Positions 1 through 14,337 of a DNA stretch of 64,000 nt are shown piece by piece. The notes under the pieces were generated by a model. It was not told the DNA's origin. It was given only the letters and a program-made list of their open reading frames with translations, and ran no database searches. Every line of letters starts with the position of its first letter. Position 1 is the stretch's first letter. The DNA comes from Eledone cirrhosa (Eukaryota): positions 31,806,001 to 31,870,000 of the forward strand of contig OZ024743.1 of NCBI GenBank assembly GCA_964016885.1. Reading direction: 5' to 3'. A program made the position numbers and the translations under genes.

Positions 1-520
1 TGTAACCTAATACCCTATCCACTTGATTATTTTCTCTTAATAATGTGTATAAAGTCGATTATAGTCAATGAAATATTTTGTGAGATTTGCGATTCAAATG
101 AATTACTTACCGGCAGACTATGAACAGTCTTGCAATGTCATAATTACTAATGAAAACCAAAGCTTCAAACATTACGTCTGTCAGAAATTTAATTTAGTAA
201 ACATTGCCTTGGCACTTCATGAATTTAGATATCATTTGCCTTTATCTTGTCAGTTGTTATAATATAGCGAATACTATTTGAATATTTTAGAAGAGTCTTG
301 TTAACATACATATAGATTGAGGAAGCAAAAACGGATCGATTTCTGAAGTACCAGCCTGACCTCGTAAGGCCTAATTATCATATGAACTTTCGATTATATT
401 ATTACTTCTCCTAACTCATAGTCTGCTGACCAGTACTGTGCAGCACACATGGCGACATTTTATTAGTAATTGATTTATGTATGTGTCGTCTTGTCGCTGT
501 CAATCTCTTTCTGTCCAACA

Positions 521-523
<3 letters not shown>

Positions 524-610
<87 letters not shown>
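524..610. repeat. (CA)n microsatellite
   Basis: Pure CA run. Many further (TA)n, (TG)n and (GA)n runs occur across 27-64 kb and are not listed individually. Confidence 0.99.
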
Positions 611-616
<6 letters not shown>

Positions 617-642
617 ATATATATATTATTATTATTTTGATT

Positions 643-865
643 GTGGATTGGCAATATCGGTAGACCATTGGACATTATGATTTGCAGCTTAGATTTTCGC
701 CCCCTTACGTTCCGAGTTCAAATCCCGCCGAGGTTAGCTTTGCCTTTCATCCCTACGGGGTCGATAACATAAAGTACCAGTATTGCACTGGTGGTACATT
801 TAATTGACTTTCTCCTCCCTTTCAAATTAGTGGTCTTCTGCCTAAAGTAGAAACAATTATTATTA
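643..865 (+). mobile_element. tRNA-derived SINE (family S1)
   Basis: Pol III A-box-like TGGCAATATCGG and B-box GAGTTCAAATCC. Body GCCTTTCATCC..GGGGTCGATAA..AAAGTACCAG and an ATTATT tail. Repeated many times in the window. Confidence 0.9.
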
Positions 866-1388
866 AGATCACGTCAGGCGTTTATGTGTAGATTCATAGG
901 GTGATCAGACAAGACACTTATCATATTACATGCAGTCAACCGAGACTCCAGTGTAATGGGATTCTAAATTGATCTTAAATGGTGCTGAGTACTCATTCCT
1001 GCCATCGGCAATACAAAGTGTATGGACATATATACATATATGCATTTAAAACGTTAGTCGCATTACTTCTTTGCTATGCTGTTATATCTGCAGTGTAGCA
1101 TTAACAATCTTAAAATATTGGACCATTATAGAACATGCATATCCAACTTTTAGGGTTCCGGAAAGTATAATAGCTCTCAAGGAGGAAATTATTAGATTTT
1201 TTAAATCCTAGTTAACACAACCATCAGTATTAAATGAGAAAATTTAATTTATAAAAGACAGCAAATAGTAAATTATTTTATAATCGAGCTGTCTCAACCT
1301 GCGATGTGTTCTCTTATTTCATAATCTTAACATCCATTTATTCAACAATATTAAGAGTCTATGAACAAGAACTGCTTCTTACACTTAC

Positions 1389-1408
1389 GTATGTTGTCCC
1401 ACATAATT
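1389..1408 (-). CDS. candidate host micro-exon (20 nt)
   Basis: Minus strand tgttcctgttttcAG|aattatgtgggacaacatac|GTAAGT. Phase-compatible with 3264-3314. No homology evidence. Confidence 0.25.
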
Positions 1409-2168
1409 CTGAAAACAGGAACATGTAATGTTTTTGCTCGGGAATATTTCAGACTATCATGGTCTGTATAGATATGTTTTCTAATGGCGGTTTCCAATAA
1501 CCCATCAATATTGATGCATTGTTAATTAATCATATATCTATAAATTTGTGAATATTTTCCGACACTATTTTTCAACCGTTTGAACATCGAAAAAGAGGAT
1601 GGGTTGTGCTACAAACCCTGAGATTACGTATAAATTATACACACGTTTTTCATGTACTAAACAACTCGTTTGTGAACACAAATAGTCATCGCTCAATATA
1701 TAATTGTTAATGTTGATTACGTTTCCATTGATTTGTGTTTCTGGTCGTAGAGTTTATCGTCAGATGTTAAATCAATGATGAAATGTGGTGAATGCATAAC
1801 CACCAAACAATAACTCTATCACTGCCAATCACTACAATCAACACCATTTACAACCATCGATGACTCCAAACATCAATCACCATGACACCAAGCAATCACT
1901 ATAACCAATCATTGGCACGACCAATTAAGATAAGAAATAAACATCACAACCAAGTTCAATGAATACAAACAACCAGTACAGATTATTACCACCAAAACTT
2001 TACAATGACCTCATAGTACCACGCAAGTCATTCAATATAATCAATTTTCAAATCACAAATGTTTCAAGCCAATCCTCATACCGAATCACCTCTCATATAC
2101 ATCAATAATAGTTATGTGGTAACCTATACGTTGGTGATCACCCTCTAGTTATAGCACATTATCACACT

Positions 2169-3057
2169 TACGAGGTACATTCAAGAGGTGTTAAGACTTC
2201 TATCAGAATGACATTTAATAAACTCTAATTGCCCTCAAAGTGGAATGTCCCTACTCTAATGCAAGTGTTTTAGCGCTCCAGATATTTCTGGAAGGCTAAC
2301 CTGTAGGCGTCCAAAGAGAAACTGTCCAGGGCACTAGTCACAGCTTACTTGACGAGTTCTAGACTCTTGCAGGGAATGTCTTTCTCAAATGCCACAAAGC
2401 CTGTTCATAGCACCCTGTCTCTGAGTCTGTGGATCGTAACTGTAGAACCAGATCTCGCCACAGGTTACTAGAGACTCAAGGACACTTGTATTCGAAGCCA
2501 TCCACTCGAAAATCTTCCCGGTGTCATCAACGTGTCTCTGCCTTTGGTCTTCATTGAACACCCTGGGAACAAACTTTTCACATGTTCAGATCGTCATGAA
2601 TGACTCTGTTCACAGTGCCCTCAGCCATTTCACACTGTTTTTGCACCCGCCAGAAGACAATTACGACACACTTCGTCGAGGAATATGGTAGTTTTGTCGA
2701 CCAATTTTGGCTTCTTGATAACTCTCTCCCTGCCGGAGCTCTCGTCATCCCTCACTTGCTCCCTACCTTCCTGAAACCTCTTGTGCTAGCGGAAAACCGT
2801 CGCCCGGCTCATGGAAGTTAGTCCCTAAGTGGTTTTGAGCATTACACAGGTTTCAGCAGTGTTTTATCCTGAGCTTGACACAACACATTATTGGATATCG
2901 AGCCTCCAAGTTGTCCTCACATCTCGACTGTATTGTAGAACCAGTCGGCTGTGACAATACATATTTGACGGGTAGTGTTTAAAGTGCTGTAGCAGCCTGA
3001 ATCTTCAATCTGGAAAAAAGGATTTGGCAGGTTATCTTATAAAATATCAAGGACGTA
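2169..3057 (-). mobile_element. decayed, internally deleted mariner transposon
   Basis: Minus-strand translations SMSRATVFR*HKRFQEGREQVRDDESSGR (HTH), FVPRVFNEDQ (WVPREL-like) and LVTCGEIWFYSYDPQTQRQ (TGDETW-like), plus a mariner-like C-terminus. The left end begins TACGAGG and the right end is approximate. Confidence 0.85.
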
Positions 3058-3263
3058 TTAGAGGGACAGATTTGTAGGTCAATTAAATGTACCTGAAACG
3101 AAAGTTAAATGTGTATGTGTGTATGTATTAAAGTGTGTGTGTGTGTACTGTGGCTTTAACGTTCATTCGTTGCTATTATAGCTTTAATTATGTGTTTTTT
3201 GTTATACTTATTGGTCATCCTGACGTTGATGTTTATCTCTAGATCTGCTCTTATTGAACTGAC

Positions 3264-3314
3264 CTGCTATATAAGGCCTTCCAGATATGCCCATCCCAGT
3301 TATTGTGTCGATTT
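3264..3314 (-). CDS. candidate host exon (51 nt)
   Basis: Minus strand ttttgtatttAG|...|GTCAGT. Open as NRHNNWDGHIWKALYS or IDTITGMGISGRPYIA. Confidence 0.3.
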
Positions 3315-4809
3315 CTAAATACAAAACAGCTAAAAGTATTTTATCAAATGTGCCCTTCAATGTTTGTGTCAGCACAGGGTCTAACTTAAGTGAGATTTCA
3401 CTGGTGGATCTCTTTTGGTCACGTACGGGATGTGGATGTTGGATAAGATATCAGATACAAAGTTTTCATATTAATGTATTGCCAGTGGAACAGAGGTTTC
3501 AAACGAAGCCAATAGATTGAGTTTGAAGTTTCTAACATTAATACCAATGCTCACGTATCAATAACCCATATCATTATTAAAACGAAAGAACATTTACAAA
3601 CAGCGTAAAGATCATAAGGTGGCCCATATTTACTAAAGATAATATGATCTTAGCTCAAATTTCAAGATATTGTTTTAAATATATCGGCAGGAATTAAGTT
3701 TTACTATATATTTTATACTACATTTTACTCTTAACCAATTATGTCATGGTTTTACTTGTTTCATTTATTTGTCTGTGGCTACATCGAGGTACAGCCTCCT
3801 AGTGTGTAGTTGGTTATAGGTTTTCCAAAATTTACTTCCTATTCTGTTATTCATGTTATTAATCAAGGAACCATGAAATTCAACGTGGCGTTTGGGGGTA
3901 AATATATAAACTGAACGTGTTTGCCTTAAAGCTCCGTTCTAAAAAAGACAGATTAATTTAGAGAAAGATGAATGGACAAGCCGACAGTGGGACAGTGAGT
4001 GGAAGTGGTTTGAATTCCTAAAACTGGTATGAATGAAGAGAAAAGATTCTTCAAATGAGCATCGAGATCAAACAGTAAACTCCATTAATGGGTTATTCCC
4101 TCAACATCGCGTGATATATAGGGATCATGCTTGTATTAGGGTATTTAGGATGAAATTGCCCTATATTATTTACGTTACCTATGAGAAATTATGATTTCTC
4201 TGTGCAATGAGACCAAGGGAAGATTTAAATCAAAATCATTAATTCACTAACGTTTCATTATATATAACATTCCACCTGAATTATCCAAAGTGTTCCAATA
4301 AATCAGTATGTAATAATATAATTGATTATCTTACTTCGTTTTCCTTTTCCAATTGTGCAATTCCATTGTTCATTGCAGTTCGATAGAGCATTATGTGTGT
4401 GAGTGTGTGTATGTGTGTGTGTGTGTGTATGCATGTGTGTGTGTATATTCGCTTGTGTATGTATGTGTGTAGAATAGGAGTTAGAAAGACCAAATAGTAT
4501 GCATTCTAATACATTGGAAAATCAACTATTCTCATATATGTGCTTGCACACACCCCATTCCATACATAAATGCTAACATGTATGCATAGTATATGGTATG
4601 GACTGTTGATTGTGTATAAGTTGCAGGTTTATAAGTTGTATAGTGTGCACGTACTGTGAATGATTTACACATCGGCAATAGTTTATGTCAATACAGATTC
4701 CAACGGAGTTTCCACTGGTTCCTGACCAAGTCAAATACGGAACAATAGAGAAAGAAATCTATAAACTTTCACGGAGTTGAATACATTGAATAGTGATAAT
4801 AATGGTATG

Positions 4810-4949
<140 letters not shown>

Positions 4950-5004
4950 TATATAATGAAAATATATATTAAACATACGAACACAAACTCATAGATACTA
5001 TATC

Positions 5005-5140
5005 AGTAACCACAACACCACCGCTGCCACCACCCCACCACATCCATCATCGCCGCCACCACTCATTCAATGCTACTGACACTATTCCCCTGTTAACTTG
5101 AGAGAGAAAAGGGAAGGTGGCGGTAGCACTTGACAAGAGA
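5005..5140 (+). repeat. fragment related to element X
   Basis: CATCCATCAT..CTGTTAACTT..GGGAAGGTGGCGGTA.CACT.GACAA is shared with 14915-15040. Confidence 0.65.
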
Positions 5141-5462
5141 GAGGCTAGCAAAAGATATAAATAGATTGACTTGGTGACCTTGCCACGGACAAACGTCTAC
5201 ATCAACAATTATGGGACTGCTGGCTCACCCCTTCCTCACCAACAATATAAAAAGCCCCGACACCACCACCGACATAGCCAGCAGCAATAACAGCCAACTA
5301 CAACAAAAAGTATATTATATTATTGTAATGCACTGGGTGATTGTTGGCCTTGTGCCTGGAGTGGAGACAATTATTAATAATTTCATTCTTAAGCCACGCA
5401 ATGCTCACATTAAGGAACCACTCATGATAATAACAATTTTTAAAAAAACAACAAAAAGAAAA

Positions 5463-8400
5463 CCCCGTGACCAAGAAATACCGGGATGGCGGCCGGCGGG
5501 GAATAGCCATGTCTCTAGGGGAGAACGACCCCTCTAGTCTTGGTTGACACTCGTTCTAGAAGTGGTAACACGAAATGATTACCCCTTGGCGGATAAGGAT
5601 AAAACGCGACAAAATAAAGTAGATGTCTAATGATGAAATCTCATACCGGATCGGTCGTCACCCGGGTAAAAAAGGGCCGCGTCCCTCAGAGAGGAACCAG
5701 ACTGGGGTCGAAAAATCAGCTAATGGTTCAAACCTTCCCATCACTTCGGAGCTGGAGACCTCCCATAACCGGAATACTCCTACTGTCGGCCCTCCATGCT
5801 CACCACCAAGAATTCCAAAGAAAAAGAGAGAAAAATGGTCAAGGGAAGATAATAAAGAAGTCCTTGAGGCTTTCTACACTGCCATGTACTACCCATCAAA
5901 TACATCGAATACAGAACAAACATATATCAACTGGAAAAAGAAACATCCCGAAAACAGAGGCTATATTGACAGTAGCAAACTAGCCAATATACGAAGAAAT
6001 ATTGTAAGAAAAAAGTTACTAACTGATATAGAAATTGATCAGATCAAGCTAGTAGCACAAAGTCAGCGAAGGGAAAATGAAGCATGTGTCAGTGACAACG
6101 AGGTAAACTGTAACACTTCGAATCCCAGGGTTGGGGCGGAATCACTGGCAACAGAACAAATTCAAGAAAGGAGCGAAAAAGTGGATGAAACTCCAAATGA
6201 AAATAATGAGATCGCAAATGATAAAGAAATGAATGAGAATGAACTTGCCAACTTGAAGGATGAAATTATGATCGAATGGATGAAAATGAAAGAATCTGAC
6301 ATGGGGGAACGAGACACCCTCCCTAAGATCCAGAACTCCAAACAGAACCAAAAGATAATACACAAGACTAACATAATTCTCAAAAACATTATCATCACAA
6401 ACAAACTAAACATTACTGACTTAAATCATCTCTATTATGCATCGGCTAAAGTCACCACTCACTTATGTGGAGTGAAGATGAAAAAACAAAGGAATTCCCA
6501 CAAGAAATCTACTTGGTAAGATAACATCAATCGCCAAATAAACCTTCTCCGATCTGACATAGAAATTTTAACAAACTATAAAGTAGGTGAACATGTTAAA
6601 CAAACTAAACTTAGAAAATTGAAAATAAAGTACAGTATAAGATCAACATGTGACATAGACATGGTGATAGAAACAATCAAGCAAAAAGTGTCGGCCAAAG
6701 CTGCTCGTATAAGGCGCTTTGAAAAACGATCTAGATTCTATAAGGACAATAATATGTTCAAAAACAACCAAAGAAACTTCTACAGAAAAATTGGTAAGTC
6801 AACAATAACTGCTAAATCAATACCACCCAAGGAGGAAGTGCAAGAATTCTGGGAAAAGATCTGGGCCGAAGAAAAAGTTCATAACATACATGCCCCATGG
6901 ATAGACAGACAAATGAAAGAAACAGCTCACCTTGAAGAACAAACATGGCAAAATATAACAGTTGAACAGCTGCGCTTGGCTCTAAGAAAAACCAGCAAAT
7001 GGAGATACCCAGGAAAAGACAAAATACAAAACTTTTGGATAAATGCCTTCACAGAGTCTCATGAGCTGTTAGCCCAACTTTACAATGAAATAGTTAAGGA
7101 GCCAGAAAAGATACCATCATGGCTAGTTAACGGCATTACATTCCTGCTACCGAAGAATGATGAGACAAACAATCCCAAAAATTACAGACCGATAACCTGC
7201 TTGACCACAATGTATAAAATGTTAACATCAGTCCTAACTGAATACATATATAACCACCTGATAACAAATGACCTATTTCCCATTGAGCAGAAAGGGTGTA
7301 AACGAGGCTCATATGGCTGTAAGGATCAGCTTCTGGTTAACAAAATGATACTGGAAGATTGTCATAATAGACACAAAAATCTATCGATTGCTTGGATAGA
7401 TTATAAAAAAGCATTTGATAGTTTGCCACACAGTTGGATTGAAAAATGTTTAGAGATTTTCAAAATATCCCCCGTTATCAGGAGGTTTTTGTCATTCAGT
7501 ATGAGGACATGGAGAACGACACTCCTTTTGAATAGTGAAACAAAATCACTGGAAGCTGGAGAAGATAACATTAATTGTGGAATTTTTCAGGGTGACTCTT
7601 TATCACCGCTTTTATTCTGCATCGCAACTATACCATTAAGTAAAATGCTCAATGAAACAAAACATGGATATAGAGTCTATGACAAAACCATTAATCACCT
7701 GTTCTACATGGATGACCTGAAACTATTTGCAAAAAATGATGAACAATTGCAAGGGCTATTATCCACCGTGAAGCAGTTCAGTGATGACATTAAAATGGAG
7801 TTTGGACTGGATAAATGCGCCAAAGCAACGTTCACCAGAGGAAAGCTGCTGAAGAGTTCAGACATTAATCTTGATCGGGGGAACGTGATAAGAGAGCTTG
7901 ATCAAGAACAAACTTACAAATATCTAGGTGTTTGTGAAGGAGACGGAATCAAGCACTCGACAATGAGGGAAAGGATAAGGAAGGAATGTTACCGCAGAGT
8001 CAGAGCAATCTTAAGAACGGAATTGAATGCAAGGAATGGGATCGATGCCATAAACACGCTTGCCATACCAGTAGTAACCTACAGTTACAATGTCATCAAC
8101 TGGTCAAGCACAGAGATCCGTAGGCTCGATACAAAAATCCGAAAATTCTTAACCATGCACAGAATGCATCACCCTAAGGCAGACATAGATAGAATATATC
8201 TCCCTAGGAAAGAAGGAGGACGTGGGTTAATCCAGTTAGACATTGCGTTGAAAACTGCAACAATTGGATTATCCACATATCTAAGGGAATCACATGATTG
8301 GATGATCAAACTCGTTTTGAAACACGAAAGCACCAAAAGATCATATTCCATTACAAAAGATGCACAAAGATACAGTAATGGACTACAAATTTCAGAAGTC

Positions 8401-9395
8401 CCATTTACTGCTGAAATGGAAAACACAGAAAAAGCAAAGCAGGTAAAAGTAACTGCAAAGAAAGAACTGCTACAGAAACTGGCTAAGAAATGGCAAGAAA
8501 AGCCTCTGTATGGAAAATACCCAGAGCGAGCTAACAATCCTGATGTTGACAAAACTTTAACCCATCAGTGGTTGGCATCCTCTGGACTGAAATCGGAGAC
8601 TGAAGGACTGATTATATCCGCACAAGATCAGTGTCTGCCAACAAAAAATTACCAAGCCAACATAATAAAATATAGGTGCAGCCCATTATGCCGTGTATGC
8701 AAAAAACAACCAGAGACCATTGACCATATAATTTCAATGTGCAGTCCTATAGCTCCAACCGAATACCTAAACAGGCATGACAGAGCTGCACAATACATAC
8801 ATTGGATAATGTGTAAGCATTTTGACCTGCCCCATCAAAAGAATTGGTGGGAGCATCAACCACCTCCCATACTTGAAAGAGATCACATCTCAATCTTGTG
8901 GAACTTTAGCATCCAAACAGACTGAAAAATAGATGCAAATAGACCTGATATAATATTGAAGGACTTTCAAAGGAGGGTATGCCTGCTAATTGATATGTCT
9001 GTTCCAATAGACAAGAATGTATCTATAAAAACATTTGAAAAATTGAGCAAGTATAAGGACCTGGAGATAGAAATTGGAAAAATGTGGAAATTAAAAACTA
9101 AAACAATACCAGTGGTTGTAGGCGCTCTGGGAATGATACCTAAGGGGTCTAACGACTACTTATCGCAAATCCCAGGAAACCCGCGTATAGGAGAAATACA
9201 AAAGATAGTACTAATGGGAACTGCCCATATACTAAGGAAGATCCTGTCAATATAAGTACATCACAAGTCTAAACACTAAGGATGCATGTGTGAATATGTA
9301 TGTTCTTTCTTGAACATGGCGGACCTTGTTGTCTCTTGAGGTCACTGGTTGTGACTTGGTGATAACTCGTATAAACATAAAGCAAGATAAATGCA
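5463..9395 (+). mobile_element. R4/Dong-clade RLE non-LTR retrotransposon, family A, full-length copy A1
   Basis: GC-rich 5' UTR (start approximate), single ORF, 140-nt 3' UTR, then an (AAT)n tail at 9396-9422. Confidence 0.92.
5623..9255 (+). pseudogene. A1 RT-RLE ORF with two in-frame stops (6517-6519 TAA, 8923-8925 TGA)
   Basis: ORFs 5623, 6619 and 8956 are in one frame. Motifs [54 protein letters not shown] and PVVVGALG. Confidence 0.92.
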
Positions 9396-9422
9396 AATAA
9401 TAATAATAATAATAACAATAAT

Positions 9423-10225
9423 GAGGCTGAAGGACTGATTATATCAGCACAAGATCAGTGTCTGCCAACAAAATATTACCAAGCCAACATAATAAAAATT
9501 GGATGCAGCCCATTATGCCGTGTATGCAAAAAACAACCAGAGACCATTGACCATATTATTTCAATGTGCAGTCCTATAGCTCCAACCGAATACCTAAACA
9601 GGCATGACAGAGCTGCACAATACATACATTGGATAATGTGGAAGCATTTTGACCTGCCCCATAAAAAGAATTGGTGGGAGCATCAACCACCTCCCATACT
9701 TGAAAAAGATCACATCTCAATCTTGTGGAACTTTAGCATCCAAACAGACCGAAAAATAGATGCAAATAGACCTGATATAATATTGAAGGACTTTAAAAAG
9801 AGGGTATGCCTGCTAATTGATATGTCTGTTCCAATAGACAAGAATGTATCTATAAAAACATTTGAAAAATTGAGCAAGTATAAGGACCTGGAGATAGAAA
9901 TTGGAAAAATGTGGAAATTGAGAACTAAAACAATACCAGTGGTTGTAGGCGCTCTGGGAATGATACCTAAGGGGTCTAATGATTACTTATAGCAGATCCC
10001 AGGAAACCCGCGTATAGGAGAAATACAAAAGATAGTACTAATGGGAACTGCCCATATACTAAGAAAGATTCTGTCAATATAAGTACATCACAAGTCTAAA
10101 CACTAAAGATGCATGTGTGAATATGTATGTTCTTCCTTGAACATGGCGGACCTTGTTGTCTCTTGAGGTCACTGGTTGTGACTTGGTGATAACTCGTATG
10201 AACATAAAGCAAGATAAATGCAACT
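9423..10225 (+). mobile_element. family A 5'-truncated copy A2
   Basis: Near-identical to the A1 3' end (from ~8597). Flanked by (AAT)n on both sides. Premature TAG at 9990-9992. Confidence 0.95.
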
Positions 10226-10253
10226 ATAATAATAATAATAATAATAATATAAC

Positions 10254-11552
10254 ACAAGTATTTGGGTGTTCTGGAGGCTGATGACATCAAGAACAAAAAA
10301 ATGAAGGAATTGATAAGAACTGAATACATTCGGAGAGTAAGGAGCGTATTAAAGTCACATCTGAACAGTAGGAATGCCATAAGTGCAGTAAATTCCCGAG
10401 CTGTGTCTATTATTAGGTACAGTGCGGGAATTCTGAGATGGAATGTTGCTGAACAAAAAGAAATGGATAGGAAGACTAGGAAGCTATTGACTATCTACAA
10501 CGTGTTCCACAACAGGAGTGATGTCGATAGACTCTACTTAAGAAGATATGAAGGTGGAAGTGGTCTAATCAGCATAGAGGACTGTGTTCAGATGGACAAA
10601 ACCAACCTACACAAATACGTGACTGTTAGTAAGGAGCCAATGTTCAGAACTGTACTGAAGGAGGGGACAATAGACCAGGGGATGTCCAAGGAGGAAATAA
10701 CATCAAGGAGAAAGAGCAGCCTTCAGGAAAAATCCCTTCATAGTACCTTCTTTGAGAAAACTGAATTTAGAGATCCACAGATATGGAACTGGTTGAAAAG
10801 AGGAGACCTCAAAAAGGCTACAGAAGGAATGTTAATGGCTGCGCAGGAGCAGGCCCTCAAAACGAAGTGGTTGAAACACCACATTTACAAGGAGGAGGCT
10901 AGCCCACTGTGCAGGATCTGTGGAGAGAGAGAGGAGACTGTGGCTCACATTGTATCCGAGTGTAAACACCTAGCCCAGACTCACTATAAGGGCTGGAGAC
11001 ATGATGTGATGGGCAGGGTGATCCACTGGCACCTATGCAAAGTAAACAATTTACCACATTCTGAGAAGTGGTATGAGCGTAAGCCAGAGTCGGTGATAGA
11101 AAACGATCAGGTGAAGGTGCTGTGGGATTTTAGGATACAGACGGACAAGAAACTGGAACACAATAGACCTGACCTGGTGGTTGTGGACAAAGAAAAAAGA
11201 TCGTGCCTGATTGTGGATGTGGTCTGCGCATTCGACACGAGAGTGCAAGAGAAGGAGAGGGAGAAAATTAACCGATACCAGGACTTAAAGTGGGAGGTAA
11301 AAAGGATTTGGAACTGCCATGAAGTCAAAGTGATCCCGATTGTCATAGGCGCACTAGGGACTCTCTCAAATGTTTCCAGGGATGGTTAAAGAAAATTGGC
11401 CCCTTCACGCATGTTGGAAGGATTCAAAAGGCATGCTTGCTGGGAACAGCAAGAACCCTCCGATACGTCCTGAATATCTGAGGATTCAGGTAGTGGCTTG
11501 ATATTCATTTCAACAAACTTTCCAGTTAAATAACATCAATGACTGAGACTCA

Positions 11553-11553
<1 letters not shown>
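10254..11553 (+). mobile_element. R4/Dong family B 5'-truncated copy B1 (divergent subfamily)
   Basis: ORF 10262-11389 matches the B4 C-terminus, with a 1-nt frameshift near 11370. (AAT)n on both sides. Confidence 0.95.

Positions 11554-11645
<92 letters not shown>
11554..11645. repeat. (AAT)n spacer/tail between B1 and B2
   Basis: Pure AAT run. Confidence 0.99.
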
Positions 11646-11646
<1 letters not shown>

Positions 11647-14184
11647 TCATAGAGGAACTGAAGCAACGCATTGTAGCAAAGAGTGCAAAAATCAGGCGAT
11701 ACGAGAACAGAGTCAGTCAGTATAAACAGAACCGCATGTTCGACAACAACCAGAAGATGCTGTTTGGACAGCTTGAGGGGAAAGAAAGAGGCAACGACTT
11801 GATCCCTGGGGCGGAACAAACTAAAACATTCTGGAGAGGAATATGGGAGCAGGATGTTAGACACAATGCCCAGGCAGGGTGGATTGAGACAGTACAGAGG
11901 GAGATCGGTGAGCAGGCACAACAACAAACTGATTTGAGTATCACAGTTGAAACTCTTAAGGGGCAGGCCAAAAAACTAACCAACTGGAAATCACCAGGCC
12001 CAGATGGTGTGCAGGGGTATTGGATTAAACATTTAACATCCCTCCACCCGAAGCTGACGGCCATGTTCAATGACTGCTTGGTGTCGGGTGAGGTGCCAGA
12101 GTGGTTGACAAAATGTACCACAGTTCTGATAATGAAAGACCGAATCAAGGGTAATGATGTTACCAACTATAGACCTATCACATGTCTGTCCGTAATGTGG
12201 AAACTGTTGACGAGGAAATCTACCATCACCTCCACACAAACAACTTGTTACCGGACGAACAGAAAGGATGCCGAAAGAAGTCACGTGGTACAAAGGACCA
12301 GTTACTTATTGATAAGATGGTAATGGGGAATTGCAGGAGGAGACACACTTATCTTGCCATGGGATGGATAGACTACAGAAAGGCATTTGACATGGTGCCT
12401 CATTCCTGGATCACCAAAAGCCTGGAGATCTTCAGGGTGGCAGATAACATCAGACAGTTGCTAGGCAGGAGTATGGGGTCCTGGGAGACAGAGTTGACAT
12501 CAACTGGAGTATCCTTGGGAAGCGTGAAGATCAAGTGAGGTATCTTCCAGGGAGATAGCCTGTCCCCTCTGTTGTTTGTCCTTGCCCTGATGCCCTTGAC
12601 CATTATGCTGCGAAAAGTGAGAGCAGGATACAAGTTGGGAAGGGGAGAGCTTACCATCAATCACCTCCTCTTCATGGACGATCTTAAGCTCTTCGGGAAA
12701 AGTGAGAAGGAGTTGGATGTGCTTGTTGACACTGTCCGTATTTTCAGCAGTGATATATGTATGCAGTTTGGTATTGGTAAATGTGGAGTCATTGTGATGA
12801 AGAGGGGTAGGTTGAGCAGAAGTAACGGGATCCAGATACCAACAGGTGAGATGATAAAGGAAATTGACTCTGAGGAAGGATACAAGTATTTGGGTGTTCT
12901 GGAGGCTGATGACATCAAGAACAAAAAAATGAAGGAATTGTTAAGAACTGAATACATTCGCAGAGTAAGGAGCGTATTGAAGTCACATCTGAACAGCAGA
13001 AATGCCATAAGCGCAGTAAATTCCCGAGCTGTGTCTATTATTAGGTACAGTGCGGGAATTCTGAGATGGAATGTTGCTGAACAAAAAGAAATGGATAGGA
13101 AGACTAGGAAGCTATTGACTATCTACCACATGTTCCACAAGAGGAGTGATGTCGATAGACTTTACCTAAGGAGATCTGAGGGTGGAAGAGGTCTTATCAG
13201 CATAGAGGACTGTGTTCAGATGGAGAAAAACAACCTATACAAATACGTGACCTATAGTAAGGAGCCAATGCTCAGAACTGTACTGAAGGAGGGGACAGTA
13301 GGCCAGGGGATGTCCAAGGAGGAAATAACATCAAGGAGGAAGAGCAGCCTTAAGGGAAAATCCCTTCATAGTACTTTCTTTGAGAAAACTGAATTTAGAG
13401 ATCCACAGGCATGGAACTGGTTGAGAAGAGGAGACCTCAAAAAGGCTACAGAAGGAATGCTAATGGCTGCGCAGGAGCAGGCCCTCAAAACGAAGTGGTT
13501 GAAGCACCATATCTACAAGGAGGAGGCTAGCCCACTGTGCAGGATCTGTGGAGAGAGAGAGGAGACTGTGGCTCACATTGTATCCGAGTGTAAACACCTA
13601 GCCCAGACTCACTATAAGGGCTGGAGACATGATGTGATGGGCAGGGTGATCCACTGGCACCTATGCAAAGTAAACAATTTACCACATTCTGAGAAGTGGT
13701 ATGAGCGTAAGCCAGAGTCGGTGATAGAAAACGATCAGGTGAAGGTGCTGTGGGATTTTAGGATACAGACGGACAAGAAACTGGAACACAATAGACCTGA
13801 CCTGGTGGTTGTGGACAAAGAAAAAAGATCGTGCCTGATTGTGGATGTGGTCTGCCCGTTCGACACGAGAGTGCAAGAGAAGGAGAGGGAGAAAATTAAC
13901 CGATACCAGGACCTAAAGTGGTAGGTGAAAAGGATTTGGAACTGCCATGAAGTCAAAGTGATCCCGATTGTCATAGGCGCACTGGGGACTATCTCCAAAA
14001 GTTTCCAGCGATGGTTAAAGAAAATCGGCCCCTTCACGCTTTTTGGAACGCTTCAAAAGGCATGCTTGCTTGGAACAGCAAGAACCCTCCGATACGTCCT
14101 GAATATCTGAGGCTGCAGGTAGTGGCTTGATATTCAATCCAACGGACTTTCCAGTTAACCAACATCAATGACTGAGATTCAAGG
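11646..14184 (+). mobile_element. family B 5'-truncated copy B2 (defective)
   Basis: Matches B4 from ~16738. 13-nt deletion near 12213 between GAG direct repeats. Stops at 12536-12538 and 13922-13924. Confidence 0.95.
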
Positions 14185-14196
14185 AATAACAACAAC

Positions 14197-14224
<28 letters not shown>

Positions 14225-14227
<3 letters not shown>

Positions 14228-14279
14228 TTCAATCCAACGGACTTTCCAGTTAACCAACATCAATGACTGAGATTCAAGG
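14225..14279 (+). mobile_element. family B 55-bp 3'-end stub B3
   Basis: Identical to the last 55 nt of the B2/B4 3' UTR, between (AAT)n tracts. Confidence 0.9.
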
Positions 14280-14291
14280 AATAACAATAAC

Positions 14292-14337
<46 letters not shown>

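Noticed and set aside
643-730. tRNA genes at A/B-box motifs
   Set aside because: No cloverleaf was found, and the motifs always continue into the SINE body and tail.
316-4782. Plus-strand exon candidates IEEAKTDRFLKYQPDL (316-363) and IPTEFPLVPDQVKYGTIEKEIYKLSRS* (from 4697)
   Set aside because: Weak acceptor tracts and no supporting homology, so they cannot be distinguished from chance.
5463-5622. HDV-like ribozyme in the A1 or B4 5' UTR
   Set aside because: Hairpins are present, but I could not identify an L3 or double-pseudoknot pattern.
6517-8925. Programmed readthrough or multi-ORF organisation of A1
   Set aside because: The sibling A2 has CGA where A1 has TGA, and B4 is a single ORF, so these are ordinary nonsense mutations.
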